Positions 1-12,672 of a stretch of DNA of 64,000 nucleotides are shown one piece after another. How positions within the stretch are numbered: the stretch's first letter is position 1; the number at the start of each line of letters is the position of its first letter. Under the pieces are notes generated by a model. That model was not told where the DNA came from and did no database searches. It worked only from the letters and a program-made list of their open reading frames with translations. This DNA comes from Vitrella brassicaformis CCMP3155 (Eukaryota > Protista > Chromerida): the NCBI GenBank assembly GCA_001179505.1, contig CDMY01001045.1, forward strand, positions 124,001 to 188,000. The letters are read 5' to 3'. The position numbers were made by a program, and so were the translations under genes.

Positions 1-1797
1 CGTAAGCGCACACAGTGTAGATGGTGTCTGAGTCTATTGTGGCCGCGGGTACCTTGGAGACACTTGAGTGAGGCCAAGGCCGACTGCAGCCCTCCGACTG
101 GAGCAGCGAGAGACAGCGCTGTGCTCATGGTTGAACTTTGACGTCTTAGCAGATGACTGTTCTTTCTCTTGCTGTGCTGGGTCTTCGTAGCGTCGTTGTC
201 CTTGCCCATGGCTGATCCACTGACCGCCTCCGCTTTGGTCGCCGTCACCGCGATGTCGGTCAAGCTATAAGCTGTGGGTGCCTGTCTCTTACACCGGGCC
301 TTGACAAGCCTCTTGGCCGACAGATGAAGTAGGATCGCTGATAGATGGAAGGAGACAAGCATAATTGACCAAGAATTCACTGATGTGTCCATGGCAGAGG
401 CGCGTACAGTAGGGGGAGGAAATGTCCATGATCAGGTCAAACATTGAGATGAGGACAGAGTAGAAGAGTTTGCTGTTCAGCGTCACGGCCTCGGCTTGGA
501 GCATGCCTGATCAGGAACATCACACCCCCTATTGTACGTCTGTCAGCCATGAAGAGGTGACTGACGTGGGAAGAGCACATAGACTATCGCAGGCAGTGCT
601 ATAAGCAGCGAATTGCATGTGGGAGGTCCCTTCTGGATATACAAAACACCATGAGAAACAAAGTCCGCTGTCTCTTAATTGGCTCTGCTAGTCAGTTCGT
701 ACTTTGAGCGACCGCACGAGTTTATTGACAAGTGCGATAGCGGGCATGAAGACTGCGAGATATATGACAGCCATCCAGAATCGGTCCCTGTCAGTGGATG
801 ATGCAGCAGCAAATCGTGGCGAGAGGGCAGCGAGCCATATTACTGCCATAGTGAATGCCATCGTGACAGCTGCCGTGACCTTCACAACATACTCTCGTCT
901 GGCCCTAATATTCAACGAGCCCGCAGCGCGCCAGAAGTACACAAATATAGCCGCATAGCATGAGCTCCAGTAAATCGGAATGATGATGTTTCTTCTTTCT
1001 TGGGTGTCGAAATGGAGCTCATGACCAATAGGGATCAACAGACCGAGCGCCACTGCCGGAAGAAAAACGAGCCACTCTTTCTTCAGCCGCACTATCATTT
1101 TTTGCAGGTCCGTCCCGTCTGTGACGAGCACGACCATGAGCAGCAGCATGAGAGTTTCAATAATGCGGCGGAGGATGCCAAACACTGGCCCAAACGTACT
1201 TGACAGACACCAATAGATGACCATTAGAGTGCAACCGACTAGAACGATGCCAATGGCGAGAGCAATTGCTGACTGCTGAAGTAGAGCCACAGAAATTCGC
1301 CTCAAGGTCATCACGAACGGCTCGGGCTCAAAAGTTGCACCAACAAACACCTCTGTTGTGCTGCCGTCGGGGTGATGCATCGTTTTATACTCAAGCGTGG
1401 TCGGCCACTCTTCAAAACTAGCCTCGTAGCCTGCCGCCTCCCTCAACTCACCAACCAAATCCACTATAATACGCTCCTCACGACGCAGTTCAGGGCCAGA
1501 GGCGGATTCTCTCGTGTCGCCTGTCCCAGTTGTGGTTGTGCCGATGGTTGACGTAATCGAATTCCGTCTTTCGTGGCGTCTTTCGCCGTCGCCGTGTGTT
1601 GTGGTTGTGATGTCGCTTGGTCCAGGTGCTGTGTTGTTTGTCTCTTCAACGTCGTGCTGTTGTGGGCACGGCAGGCTGACTGAGGACGAGAGATTGGACG
1701 AGAAGGTCGAGAGAGCGGCTGGCTGATGTACACATTCATCCCCAGGTGATTGAGGCGGTCTCACAGCCTCGCCTTTCGCCGTCAGCGCGTTGGACAT
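1..1797 (-). CDS. Multi-pass membrane protein of unknown function, copy 1 (3' part runs off the window start)
   Basis: Long first exon 688-1797 with a Thr/Ser-rich N-terminus then several hydrophobic helices. Further exons near 289-504 and 60-330. Closely paralogous to the gene at 15243-17575. Confidence 0.75.
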
Positions 1798-1800
1798 TGT
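1..1800. repeat. Inverted segmental duplicate of ~15245-17046
   Basis: Reverse complement of 1-20 matches ~17027-17046 with one mismatch. Similarity runs through exons and introns and stops just upstream of the ATG (~1800 / ~15245). Copies differ by substitutions and in-frame indels. Confidence 0.9.
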
Positions 1801-1897
1801 CGACCGTTTCAGCGTTTCAGGAGATGCGAGCTACGCCCGCAAGCAGATCTCGAAGAAGGATGGGATGGCATGAAAGGAAATCCACGTCAAAGGATGC

Positions 1898-2741
1898 ATG
1901 GCATCTCGGTGCAGACCTTACTGTCCATCTACTTGTTTGCCTTCCTCCGCTCTGGCACGGGATAAAGATCATCACCATCTGTGTCCCAGATCATACGGCC
2001 CTGCATATCGCCAGCAGGCTGTCGCCTCAGCAGATCACATGCTCTCAAGTCCGACAAAAGTAGCAGCAGCAGCGCCAGCAGCGACAAGAAGAAACAGAAG
2101 AGGTGCGTGGTGAATGCATGCTGATAGACGGATGCTACACATCGTCACTCGAGGTGCTGTTTGTGGTAACGTGTCTGCAGGAGAAACAGGCGGCCATGAT
2201 GGAGATGATGGACCAGTCAGTCCAGAAGGCCATCATAGAGGCGCGCACACGGCGCACTGCCGGCGGTGTGGAGGACCGCACCACACAGGTTCGTCGGGGC
2301 AGAAAGAGGCGCAAGGGCGAGGAGATGCGTGTGGCACTCACACTCGACCGCATTGGACGGGACCGGTAGGACAGCACGAGGATAATGGACGGACAGGGGT
2401 AGAGAAACAGGCTGCCGACACCATTGCCGTGGCAATGGAGGCAGCGCAGGAGACCATCTCGTTCGGCCAGTATGCACTCGGTCAGCCACAGATCACACGC
2501 AGACGCATGTAACCAATCATTGTGTGTCTGGTCTGTGTGTGCCTGCGTGCCCATGCAGCGATACCGACGGACGACGCCGACGAGACGGATGACCTCAGAG
2601 GATGGACACTCGGACAGGTCAGACAGACCGAGGGATGGAGGGGGAGTACATGGATGTGTGTGTGTCTTGTGCAGGCTCCTGCGTGCCTTCGACACCGTGT
2701 TCGACCGCTCCAAGCTCATGATCGGACTCGTGCGAGCCTAA
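1898..2741 (+). CDS. Hypothetical multi-exon protein
   Basis: GT-AG-bounded exons read EKQAAMMEMMDQSVQKAIIEARTRR..., EKQAADTIAVAMEAAQETISFG, IPTDDADETDDLRGWTLGQ and LLRAFDTVFDRSKLMIGLVRA* (stop 2741). Start uncertain. Confidence 0.5.
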
Positions 2742-3027
2742 TGAGAGCCATGGGTGGATAAGAGTGGATGGAAGGGGGAGATGCAGATGCATGAGTGAGA
2801 GGCTGCATGACCGTCTCGACTCGATGCCGGGTCACCGTTTAGGCTAGCTCGTGAAGGAACAGACGACTGTATTTGATGGACCATTGATGATTGCATTCAC
2901 TGCGCGGATGCGTGGCTGGATCGCGTTCACTCGATTGTCCACTGGGTGTCCCGATACATACGTACGCGTCCGCTTCTGCTATCATTTCGATGTGGTCCGC
3001 GGAACTTGAGGGAAAAAAAGTCGCAGG

Positions 3028-3050
3028 CCGCCTAGGGTGCTGCCTGAAAC
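3028..3050 (+). promoter_or_regulatory. Shared upstream motif CCGCCTAGGGTGCT-xxx-TGAAAC, copy 1
   Basis: ccgcctagggtgctgcctgaaac here versus ccgcctagggtgctccatgaaac at 15178-15200. Both lie just upstream of gene starts. Confidence 0.35.
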
Positions 3051-3246
3051 CGCTGCGACGAAATGACGAGCGAAGGAGCTAAGAGGCATGGCGGTGACGA
3101 GGTGAGGCGTGCAAAGCCTGTTGAAGCCCCGAAACGGCATTTTGATTCATAGCTTTGGTGGCCTGGCTGCACGATGGCTGCCAGCGCAGGTGAAAGAAGA
3201 GGTGTTGTTTGCCATGTGACGTCTGCAGCAGACGTCAACGTTGACG

Positions 3247-4991
3247 ATGCGGCAGCAGCTGCTGGCACAGATTCAGGCCTATCAGACCAATCAGGCGAGG
3301 GTAAGTAACCAAAACACTCACTCACTCATTCAGTGCATCCACCACTCATCGGTTGCTTTGTGTTGTTTGTGTGTGCTGTGGTGTGCAGGTCAACAATGGC
3401 ATCGGCCGACTCACTCAGATGGACACCGCTGCGATCACACCACTGGTGCGGCCAGACTGCCAAACACAACACAAAGGCCTCTGTTTCATGGTATCTCGTG
3501 TGCCTCGCTTGTTCGTCAGATGGTGGCCAAGGTCACTCGTCAGCTCGCCAACGAATCGGCCCGTCTGGCCCAGCTGGCGGACAACATCGACTCGACCATC
3601 GCACTCACAACACACACACAGGTGAGAGAGATCACACACGCACAGCTCCATGTGTGTCTTTCTGTGTGTCATCAGGCTCGGCGGCTGCGCGTGACTGACA
3701 TTCCCGCCGGGCCGATGAGCATCGTCCTGGCACTCTCTGACCTCACCACCGTTGCCCGACTCAAGGCGACAGCCCGCCACTTCAGAAACGCCCTGCGGCT
3801 CATCGTCCGCAATATTCGGCTGCGGAAGGCCATCGAGTGTGCGGGGGTTGGCGGTGTGGTGCGGTTCGGGGCTGAGCTGAGCCACGGCGATGTGATGAAG
3901 GCCATGTGGTTGATGGAGGAGGGGGGCGAGGGCGGCTGGGGGAAGGTGGCGGACACGCTCGATTCGGTGAGCATCTCGGCTATTGCCAGCTGCCGGTCAC
4001 TGTGGGTGCCGGAGATCTGCAGACACACGCCACCAAGGCGGTAGGCACGACACACAGAAGAGGCAATGGGGCAATGAGTGAATGGCTCTTTCTCTGTGTC
4101 TGTGTGTGGACTGAAGGACTACTCATCACTGCCCCGTTTCTGTGCGCAGTCGATGATCGTCGGCCGCCATGTGGCCCTCCGTCGCCCCAATGGCCAGCAT
4201 GACGGCACACTCCAGCTGTTCCGCCACAATAACGAGCTCCGCGTCATTCGCAACGAGCCCGACTTCGCCATCGTCATCAACCCGCCCCTCCTCCCCACCC
4301 GCTGCGTCCATCCCTTCCATCCCTTATGGCAGCACCCATTCCAGCAGCACGCCAGGCCGCACGACCCGCCCGTCGGCAGCCGCATTTGGTGGCTGGATGG
4401 TGTGGGCTGGACGGCGGGTGTGAACGCCGGGGGCGTTTCCGCATCAGCGAGCTCCCTGCTGAAGAGGCTGCTGATACTATATCACCGGAGGATGGCTGTG
4501 GGTGGCATGTACCAGTCGCCACCAGTGGCGGTAGACCGGTAAGTGGATGGACGGCAGGTCGCTCGTGGTCTGTTTCAAACATGCATATGTTCGCCAGGAG
4601 TGTGCGTGGAGGTTATCTGGATCGTATTCTGGCTCGATCGCCTCACACGCCCCTCGACGCGTGTTCACACGTGACGGCATATGAGGCGGTCAGTGGGGCC
4701 TGTCTGCAGGCTCATGTGCTGACATCATCGGCCGACCCCTTCATCGCATACATTGCCTTTTCCATTCCCTCCATTCAACGCAGCAACGGTACGCATACAC
4801 GTAAAGAAAGAGCACCTCGACAATGCCCCCATGGCTGCGTGCAGTGCGCATCATCATCGTTACCACCGAGGCGCCAGCAGCAGGTGTGGCCAATGGCGCC
4901 CTTCGCACAGCGATTCCCCCTGACCGCCGCCAAAGTGCGTCTCGTCCTCGGCCCCATCGCCCCCATCGTCCTCGACGGCCAGGCACCGTAG
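3247..4991 (+). CDS. Coiled-coil + F-box-like protein of a lineage-expanded family; probable frameshift near the C-terminus
   Basis: Spliced frame MRQQLLAQIQ.../VNNGIGRL.../MVAKVTRQLANESARLAQ.../ARRLRVTDIPAGPMSIVLALSDLTTVARLKATARHFRNAL (F-box-like spacing). The terminal FAQRFPLTAAKVRLVLGPIAPIVLDGQAP* is offset by one base at ~4898-4901. Confidence 0.6.
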
Positions 4992-5612
4992 ACACACAGG
5001 TGTGGGCCACACACATGATGCAGAGGACCTGATCTATGTGTCCATTGTGTGTGTTTGTTGATGTGTGTTCTGCAGGGCGGCTGGATGGCGTCAAGGAAGG
5101 CACACAAGTAGCTGACTGTCTGGCGGGCGGGCGGGCGGGTGGCATGGCTCACACCCGATGGTACAATGGGCTCTTATGGGAGAAGGATGTCGCCACTCGG
5201 ATACACCCTTCGAATTCTCAAGTGTATGCAACGGATGCTGATCGCGTATATGTACATGTGTGACTGTTAATCGTACGCATTCAAGGTGTGATTCATTGAA
5301 TCAGCTGTTCTGTTTGAGCATCTGCCTCACCATTCTTCTCACTCCCTTCCTGCCTCCCTGATGACCGAACATCTTGTTATCGAAAGATGCCGAACATCTT
5401 AGTCCCAGTGTTATCATACTATTATTTCCCGCTATTGATTTCCGCCGCGCTGGAACGACAATACAGGTGCTGGTTTGTCGGACGACAACACCCACGCAGC
5501 GATGCAATACAATACCATGGGCTGTCATGTGTGTCTGCTGTCGCGTGTTTCTGCCTGTCTGTCTGCAGATCTGATTTGTAGCCGAAGTGCCGTTCACCCA
5601 ATCCATACCAGG

Positions 5613-6304
5613 ATGCCTCACGTGCACGTAATGGCCTCCGCCGGCCCGCAGCCCGACATGGTCATCGACGCCACACTGAAGGACGTCGAATCAGGTAGGT
5701 GAGTGACGGATGCGGAAGATTCTGTGAAGCTGCAACTTTGCAATCAATCCTCCGTGCAGCGGTGTGTGAGGTGCTGGGGAAGCCGCTGAGCTACGTCCAG
5801 TCGGCCTACACGCAGGCCACCAAGATGCGCTTCGGTAAGAGTGGCAGGGCGGGCTGGAGAGCGTCACCGATACAGCTGCCTGCCTGGCTGCCTGCCTGTG
5901 TGCTTCGTTTGGCGTGCAGGTGGTCAGGACGGCAACACGGTGTGGGTGCAAGTCAACAGCATCGGCAAAATTGGCCCGGCTACGAACCCCGCACTCGCAC
6001 AGGCCATCACGTGAGCACGCTGGCAATGCAGTGTCAGGCAGGGAGGGGCTCGAGTCATCTCTTTCTCTGTCTGCGACTCCCCTGGCTTTCTTTGTTTGCT
6101 GCAGCAAGGCTGTCTGCGACCATTTGCCAGTCCCTGCAAATCGAGTGTGAGCGAATTTGCAGCCAGAGCACTGCCGCACCAGAGCTCATCCATCCATGTG
6201 TGTGATTGTCTGTCTGTCTGTCTGTCCGCACCATGCACAAGTTTGTCACCATGTGCGACGTGCCGGCGGCAAACTGGGCCCACGGAGGCACCACCTTTGG
6301 CTGA
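5613..6304 (+). CDS. MIF: Macrophage migration inhibitory factor (tautomerase/MIF family)
   Basis: Five exons give MPHVHVMASAGPQPDMVIDATLKDVES-AVCEVLGKPLSYVQSAYTQATKMRFG-GQDGNTVWVQVNSIGKIGPATNPALAQAIT-KAVCDHLPVPANR(V)-FVTMCDVPAANWAHGGTTFG*. Has the N-terminal Pro, GKP, SIGKIG and C-terminal NW-x-x-x-x-TF hallmarks of MIF. Confidence 0.93.
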
Positions 6305-7267
6305 ATGCCTGAAGAGTCATGCATGATTTAGTGTGTGGGCGTGGCGTGAGTGCATCGGAATGATGCTGAGCGTCCAGTGAGTGCTGATGAATTGAATGAT
6401 CCCCAGGACAGACTTTTCCACGGACAGCTCTTTCTTTGGCATCGTGTTATCCCAGCCATGTGTTGTGGTTTGGGTGAAATGCTTATCTCATGGACGGACA
6501 GTCTGACGGCAATTAAGGCGTCTTGAGTGAGCGCAGTCAGTCATCACATGGACGTGTTGCCATGCCAGTCAGCATCTAACAGAGCAGCAACATACCGTGC
6601 AGCACAGCACCAGCACCCACCAGGCAGGCGCCCAACCCTCCCTCCCATACACAGCCACACCCATCCATCCATCCAGCCATCAAACCATCAAACCACGCAT
6701 GGCATGCTACTAGCAGCATTATCACATACATACAGGCAACCAGAACCAACCAGCAAAACCATCGCCCCTAGCTGGACACACAACACACACGCCCCCATTG
6801 GTGTCTGTCACCATCAATCATCACCCACCACAGGCGCCAACACATACATACGCGCCTGGATTGTCTGTCTGTCTGTCTGTCTTACCCACCCACCCGCCAC
6901 CCATGCATGCCGTGATCGCAGAAATGGATCCATCCATCCATCAGTTCGTCAACCCATGCATCCCCCATCTTTGTACCTACCCATCAGCCGCAAGCAAAGC
7001 CAGCTGATTGGTTGACACAAACGTCCAACCCACACGAACAGCTTATATACACCTGTCTATGCACTGCACACACACTCACACGCCAGCCAGGTCAGTCAGC
7101 GAGGGTGTCAGTTAGTTACCAACCAAAGCCTCCCTCCCTCCCCCCCCCCAGCCCTGTCTGTCTGTCTGTCTGTCTGTCTGTCAGTCAAAACCGCACGCAA
7201 AAGCAAGTAGGCAACGAAAAAGGGCTAGCTACAACGAGCGAGCGAGACACCCACCACACTCACTCGC

Positions 7268-8131
7268 TCAAAGGCTCGTTCGGTGTCTCGGTGAGGCGGG
7301 CTCCGACATGATGTGCAGCCCATCGTCATTGTCTGGCTGTGTCTGTCTGAGTGCCAGCAGGACCCGCTCGATGCGCGCCAGTTGCTGCACCTGGTCAGAG
7401 AAGATCCACGTCAGCACTGACCGGGGCGTGAGGGGCGGGGGCTTCAGGTCCAGCTGGGCGATGTACGTCAGGTGCAGACGGCCGTCCGGCTCCCGCCTCG
7501 CATGCACGCCACCCATCTGCATGGCATGGCAACACAATCCCCACGGCACACAGACAGACACAGATGACGGGTGGTGAGAGGGGAGACAGACGGTCGCTTC
7601 CTTCCAGGATTGCGTTGCGTGTGGTGGTACCAGGATGGAGGCTCGCGTGGCCCTTTTCTTGGGCGTCATAAGCAGGCTGTCGGGGACGAGCGGACCCAGA
7701 TCGACGGCAAGGAAGAGCATGCTGTCCTTCTCCTGCACACACACACGCACACACACGCGCACGCACAGAGATTATAATACACACAAATGGATTGGTGCTT
7801 ACTGACCTCGACGACGTGTGTGATGTGGGCGAGGACTCGGTTGAGGTCTGCGGGGATGGCACTCTTGTACACCTGCACACACACACAAAACACACGAATG
7901 AAGGCCGATTGATTCGTGACTGCACTGGGTCGATCGACAGACAGGTGACCATACATACCTGGTATGTCAGCCATGTGTTGGCATCAACCTCCGCCACATG
8001 AGTCCCTGCAGTGAGTGCAGTGACCGACACACAACACACACGCGTGCAGTGCAGTGCACCCCTCGGTCATGTCATTGCGTGTCGCGTGTGAAGGAGGTAC
8101 GCCTGACCTCCCTCAAACAGCCAAGTCTACA

Positions 8132-8165
<34 letters not shown>

Positions 8166-11100
8166 TATGGACAATTAGTGTGATCGAGTCCTGTTCGCAG
8201 CCAGACAGAGGGGGATACCTCGAACTCGTGTCTGTAGAGGCAGTTCTTGTCGACGTATACGGTCCGCAGGTCGCTCATGCAGACATCGGGCGACTTCATG
8301 ACGTACTCGCCCCTGATGAACGGCAAGGGGGACGGGCCACTGGGGTCGCTGAACGTCCACATCTGGCCGTCAGGCGGGCAGCCCAGGCAGGCAACACACC
8401 GCACACGGGAAGGAAGGAGTACACACCAGGGCCGGGCCGGGCGGGTGTCTGTCTGTCTGTCTTTATGACTCACCGCGACTCCGTTCTTGGTGGACTGTTT
8501 CTTCCATGGCGTCGACTGGCTCTTGAGCAGCTGGAGATACCGATCCTGACCAGACTTGATCTGACGGCCGGCCCACACAAAAGCATGTCACCATCCATCC
8601 ATCGGCTCATTCTGCCTCCTCCCCGGTTGTTTCTCTCCCGAACTCACCAGTGCGCGGATGTCCTCCACCTTGACTTTGGCGGTGGGCGCGCCCTGGCTTT
8701 TCCTGTCGTGGGCCACGTGTGGTTCTTTCGTACTTTCCCCTCCGGGCCTTCTGAACGCGCCCCCCTCCACCTGGCCCCTCAGCGGCCAACACGCGGGCCA
8801 GCATACCTCAGACCTGTCGACGACTGGTGGCTTTGGCGAAGGGGCCTTGCTCGGCGACCGCCGGCCACTCACTGGCGTGGTGATGGGGCCGAAGAGTGAG
8901 TCGGCCTCCCACTGCTCGCCCAAGTCGTGTTTGTGCTGCCTGGTCTTGGCCCGCGCTCGGCGTGAGTGGATGATGGACGCCACGGACGCCTCGAGGGAGA
9001 AGGAGCCCATATTGGGTGTGGAGGGGGCGCGGTGCAGGGAGGAGTGGGGCGATGGACCCAGAGGAACGGAGCCTGAAGGACGACAAGAGATGACTGACGG
9101 CATGGTGCGTGGCAAGGCAACCTAGTATGTGGAGTGAGTGCATATATCGTACCCGCTGCTCCCCCTGTGGGGCTCGATGGCTTCCCGCCGGACGAACTAG
9201 AGTCATCCGAATGGGAGGCCGCCTCCCACTCCTCATGGTGGTGCGACCCGGCAACCACACATGAAGAACAGGCAGCGGTGGACAGCGAGGTGGAGATGCT
9301 TCGGGACGACAAGACGCTCTGCTGAGAGGGCTTGCTCCTCATGTGGGCAGCAGCCGTCTCGGCGGCACAGCCGTCCACTCCCTTCTGGCGTTCCTCTTGA
9401 TCCGCGGGCAGCGAGTGATGCGATGGCGATGAGGGCAGGGTGGGTGCCCCGTCCGACAATGTGTGGTCGTCAGCCTCATCGTCGGTGCTCTCAGCCGCTG
9501 TCGCCTTGTCGTGGCCCCGTCGCCAGAAGGAGAAGACGCCTCGAGACTTCTTGGGACGGGGCGGAGGCCTGCGCCGCCCAGACCTACCCCTCACCCCCTC
9601 TCGGTCTCTTGTCGCCTCCGCTCGCCCATCTGCCGGCTTGGTCTGTTCGCGCGTCGGAGGGACGGGGAGTGGCACGGGTTGCGGAGACGAATCAAGGTCT
9701 CGTCGCCTCCCCTTGCTGCGGGTGGTGGGATGGGATGCCTCCCGCCCCTCCATTCTGGCGTCACTGCTGCGGTGCCGTCTCCTCTGCGTGCGTCTCTCCT
9801 CGATGCGCATGTACGTGTCCACCAGCCCGTCGAGCAGCGATGTCAGCCCGCCCTCCGTGCTGCCCTGACCCCCGCACACTCTGCCGCCCTCTAGCAGCGG
9901 CGAGCGATCCCCAAGCAGGTCCACCACAGGCGCCGTGTCGCGGGAGGGGGCAGGGGCGGGGGCGGGGCGGGGGGTCATGGGAGACAGCCGACCACCTTCC
10001 CTGGGAGACGGATTAAAGCTTCTCTTCCTCGCGGACGTCCGTTTCACATTGTCGGCCGCTTCGCCACGTCCCTTTGGCATGGCCGATTGCTGTTGCATTG
10101 GCGCCTCCAGAACGTCGCTGGCGGTAGACACAGAGAAGACGGACGGTGGCGAGCGGCGTCGGGCAGCGTTGAGAGCACCTAAGGGGTAGGAGGGGAGGGT
10201 GGTGGTCTCCTCGTGGCAGCTACTTGCACCGGATGCGGCCTGCTCGCGGGGCTGAGCGTCAGTCGCGCCCATGCTGATGCTCACGACCTCCAGATCTGGC
10301 GTTTCCACAGGCAAGGGCATCTGGAAGTCGCATTCGTCCTCTGCGAGCTCGACCGCCCACCCGTCTCCACCGTCTCCTCCCTCTGTGTGTCCCACCACGG
10401 AGTCCAAATGAGCCTCAAGTCTCCCCTTGTCGCATGCAACTGCTGCCGGGGACACCTTCTTGCTGGCCTTCCGGTGCCTCCGCTGCATGCAGATCTTGAG
10501 GATGGCGCAGATGGCCAGCCCCAGGCAAAGCTGCTGGCCGGCGGCCATGATGAGGCCGGCCACGAGGAGCCACACGGCAAAGGGCTTCAGAGGGAATCGG
10601 GCGATCAGTTGGTGCTCCAAGGTCGGCACACAGGCGGGAAGGGGGCTGGAGGCGTCGGTGATGGATTTGCCGATGTACAGGGGAGGAGAGGCCTCGCATA
10701 CTCCGGCACAACTGACAAATGGATGGATCCAAGTACGAGCAGATTGAAAGACACATGGCCCCAATCAGTCTTTGTCTTACCCCAATTCCGTCTCAGCGAT
10801 CTTGGCGAGCTTCAAGAAGTGCAGAATGCGCTCTGTGGTCACGCTGTAGCCCACCAGTGACATCCGGTACTGCTGCAAAAAGGCGTTGTTCGGAACCCTC
10901 CAATCACCCTTGCCCATCTCCATGGAGTGAACCGCCCTCCTCAACCCGCCGGCATTCCCGTCACGCACAGCCTCCTCCCCGGCGCAGTCGAGCAGGTTGA
11001 ACACCCCTTGTGGCGCACAGACCCCCATGAGGTCGTCATGCGCCTGGTGGTACCAGGCCGTGTATAGCCAGAGTGGCCGGTCGGTAGACGTAGAGGCGAG

Positions 11101-11676
11101 GGCTGTGTCGTGGGGAGGGGAGCCGCATAGCACTGACGGGGGAGAGGGGGAACTGGTGGGCAGGTGACGGTGTTCGGAAACCTGCCAGGACAAACCAAGA
11201 TGCAGAATACCACGTCACTCGAATGTCTGTAACCAGGCACAATGGCTGTGACTGACCAGTACGAGCACCGCTAGGGCAGCGGTGCAGGTCGCAAGAGCCG
11301 CAGGGATCCTTAACAGCGTGGTTGTCAAAAAAACGGCCCCGCAGCTCCATCCACTAAATCGCCCTCGGGCGGTCCTCCGCCCCTCCTTGTCGGTCACATT
11401 GGCTTCTCCCGGCTGGGTCAGGCTCACAGCTGTCGATGATGCGGGTCGCCTGTCTAGATGTCCGGTGAGCAGGAGGCTGGCAATGTTGATAGCAGTGACG
11501 GCGAGAGAGATCCCGAGCCCCGCCACAACCGCAGCATAAGGGATGGAGTTGAGGGCCAGCACCAGCTTCAACCACAGGGGAATCAACAGTCCAGCGATAA
11601 AGAAGGTAAGCAAGACCACGACTTCGGCAATGTAGCCGAGGCAGCAGCATATCGACAGAATCGTCACCCGCCGCAT
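7268..11676 (-). CDS. Large membrane-anchored protein with C-terminal START lipid-transfer domain
   Basis: Hydrophobic N-terminal exon (11215-11676), a further TM (~10500-10600) and a long low-complexity middle. C-terminal START-like exons: WKKQSTKNGVAVSHK, PFIRGEYVMKSPD, HVAEVDANTWLTYQ, VYKSAIPADLNRVL, GRLHLTYIAQLDLKPPPLTPRSVLTWI; stop at 7268. Joining the exons into one gene is inferred from splice signals. Confidence 0.7.
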
Positions 11677-12078
11677 AGGTCCGGCAGCCGAAGCCACACG
11701 AAGTAAGTGTCACTGCTTGGGAAGGGGAGGGCCTTGTGGCCGCCTTGTGTGCGTCGTGGGCTCGTGCCCTGACCCTCGCCTCAGTCGTCGTAAACCGCCA
11801 ACGGCTGCATGTTACCCTAGACCCTACAAACCCTACAGGGTTGCGGACAATATTTTGAAGCTTCCCCTTTTTCCTTGGGCTGCGTGACGTGGCTTCCGCC
11901 AGTAATGCAGATTCACTCAGCCGCAGACTCGAATAAATAAACACGTGGTTACATGCTTTCTCATATATCCCGTCTCTCGCAGTCCTGTGAAAGACGCACA
12001 ATATACATAGATAAATGGCGAAAAGGATTTGTACAAATATACTAACGTGTCACACGGACACACCCACACCCACACTCA

Positions 12079-12082
<4 letters not shown>

Positions 12083-12116
<34 letters not shown>
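12083..12116. repeat. (GA)n microsatellite, representative of many (GA)n, (GT)n, (GTCT)n and (CATC)n tracts
   Basis: Perfect GA dinucleotide run. Similar tracts at 8128-8165, 14396-14421 and 25622-25669. Confidence 0.95.
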
Positions 12117-12117
<1 letters not shown>

Positions 12118-12672
12118 GATACGCATACGAAACTGCCTGCCCCTACGACCTAATTAATCACTGGCATGTGCTTCCTTCCTCATTGGGATGGCGGCCTCGC
12201 TTTATGTATGTCATCATCATACACGGTCGGCCTGAAAGTCTTAATTCATCGGGAGACACCTGAGCCCGCATGAGCTGGCCAGAGCAGGCTACACCCATTT
12301 TTTCTCATTCCGACATCCTCACAGTGACAAAACCAAAAATGGCATGATGAGCACGAAGTCCAAACTTCCCCCTGGCTCTGTGAGCACATGAGGCACATCC
12401 CACGGCAGCCACCCACCCCCCCAAAATAGAGATCTGCACTTTTCACTGCCTAGCTACCATCTGCCTGTCTGTGTGTCCGTCGGCCGTCTGCTCTCTATGC
12501 ATTGTGGGTGTGTATCTTGGATCTTGTGATGCTGAGAACGGCCTCGTAGACGCGCTCGATGATAGGAAGCAGCACGGGCGCAGCAGCCCTGAATGCATCA
12601 CACGTGCAGGGCAAAGAAAGAAAGCAGTCCGTCTGGTTTGTGTGGCTGCCCTTGTCTGCTTGGCTGACTGAC

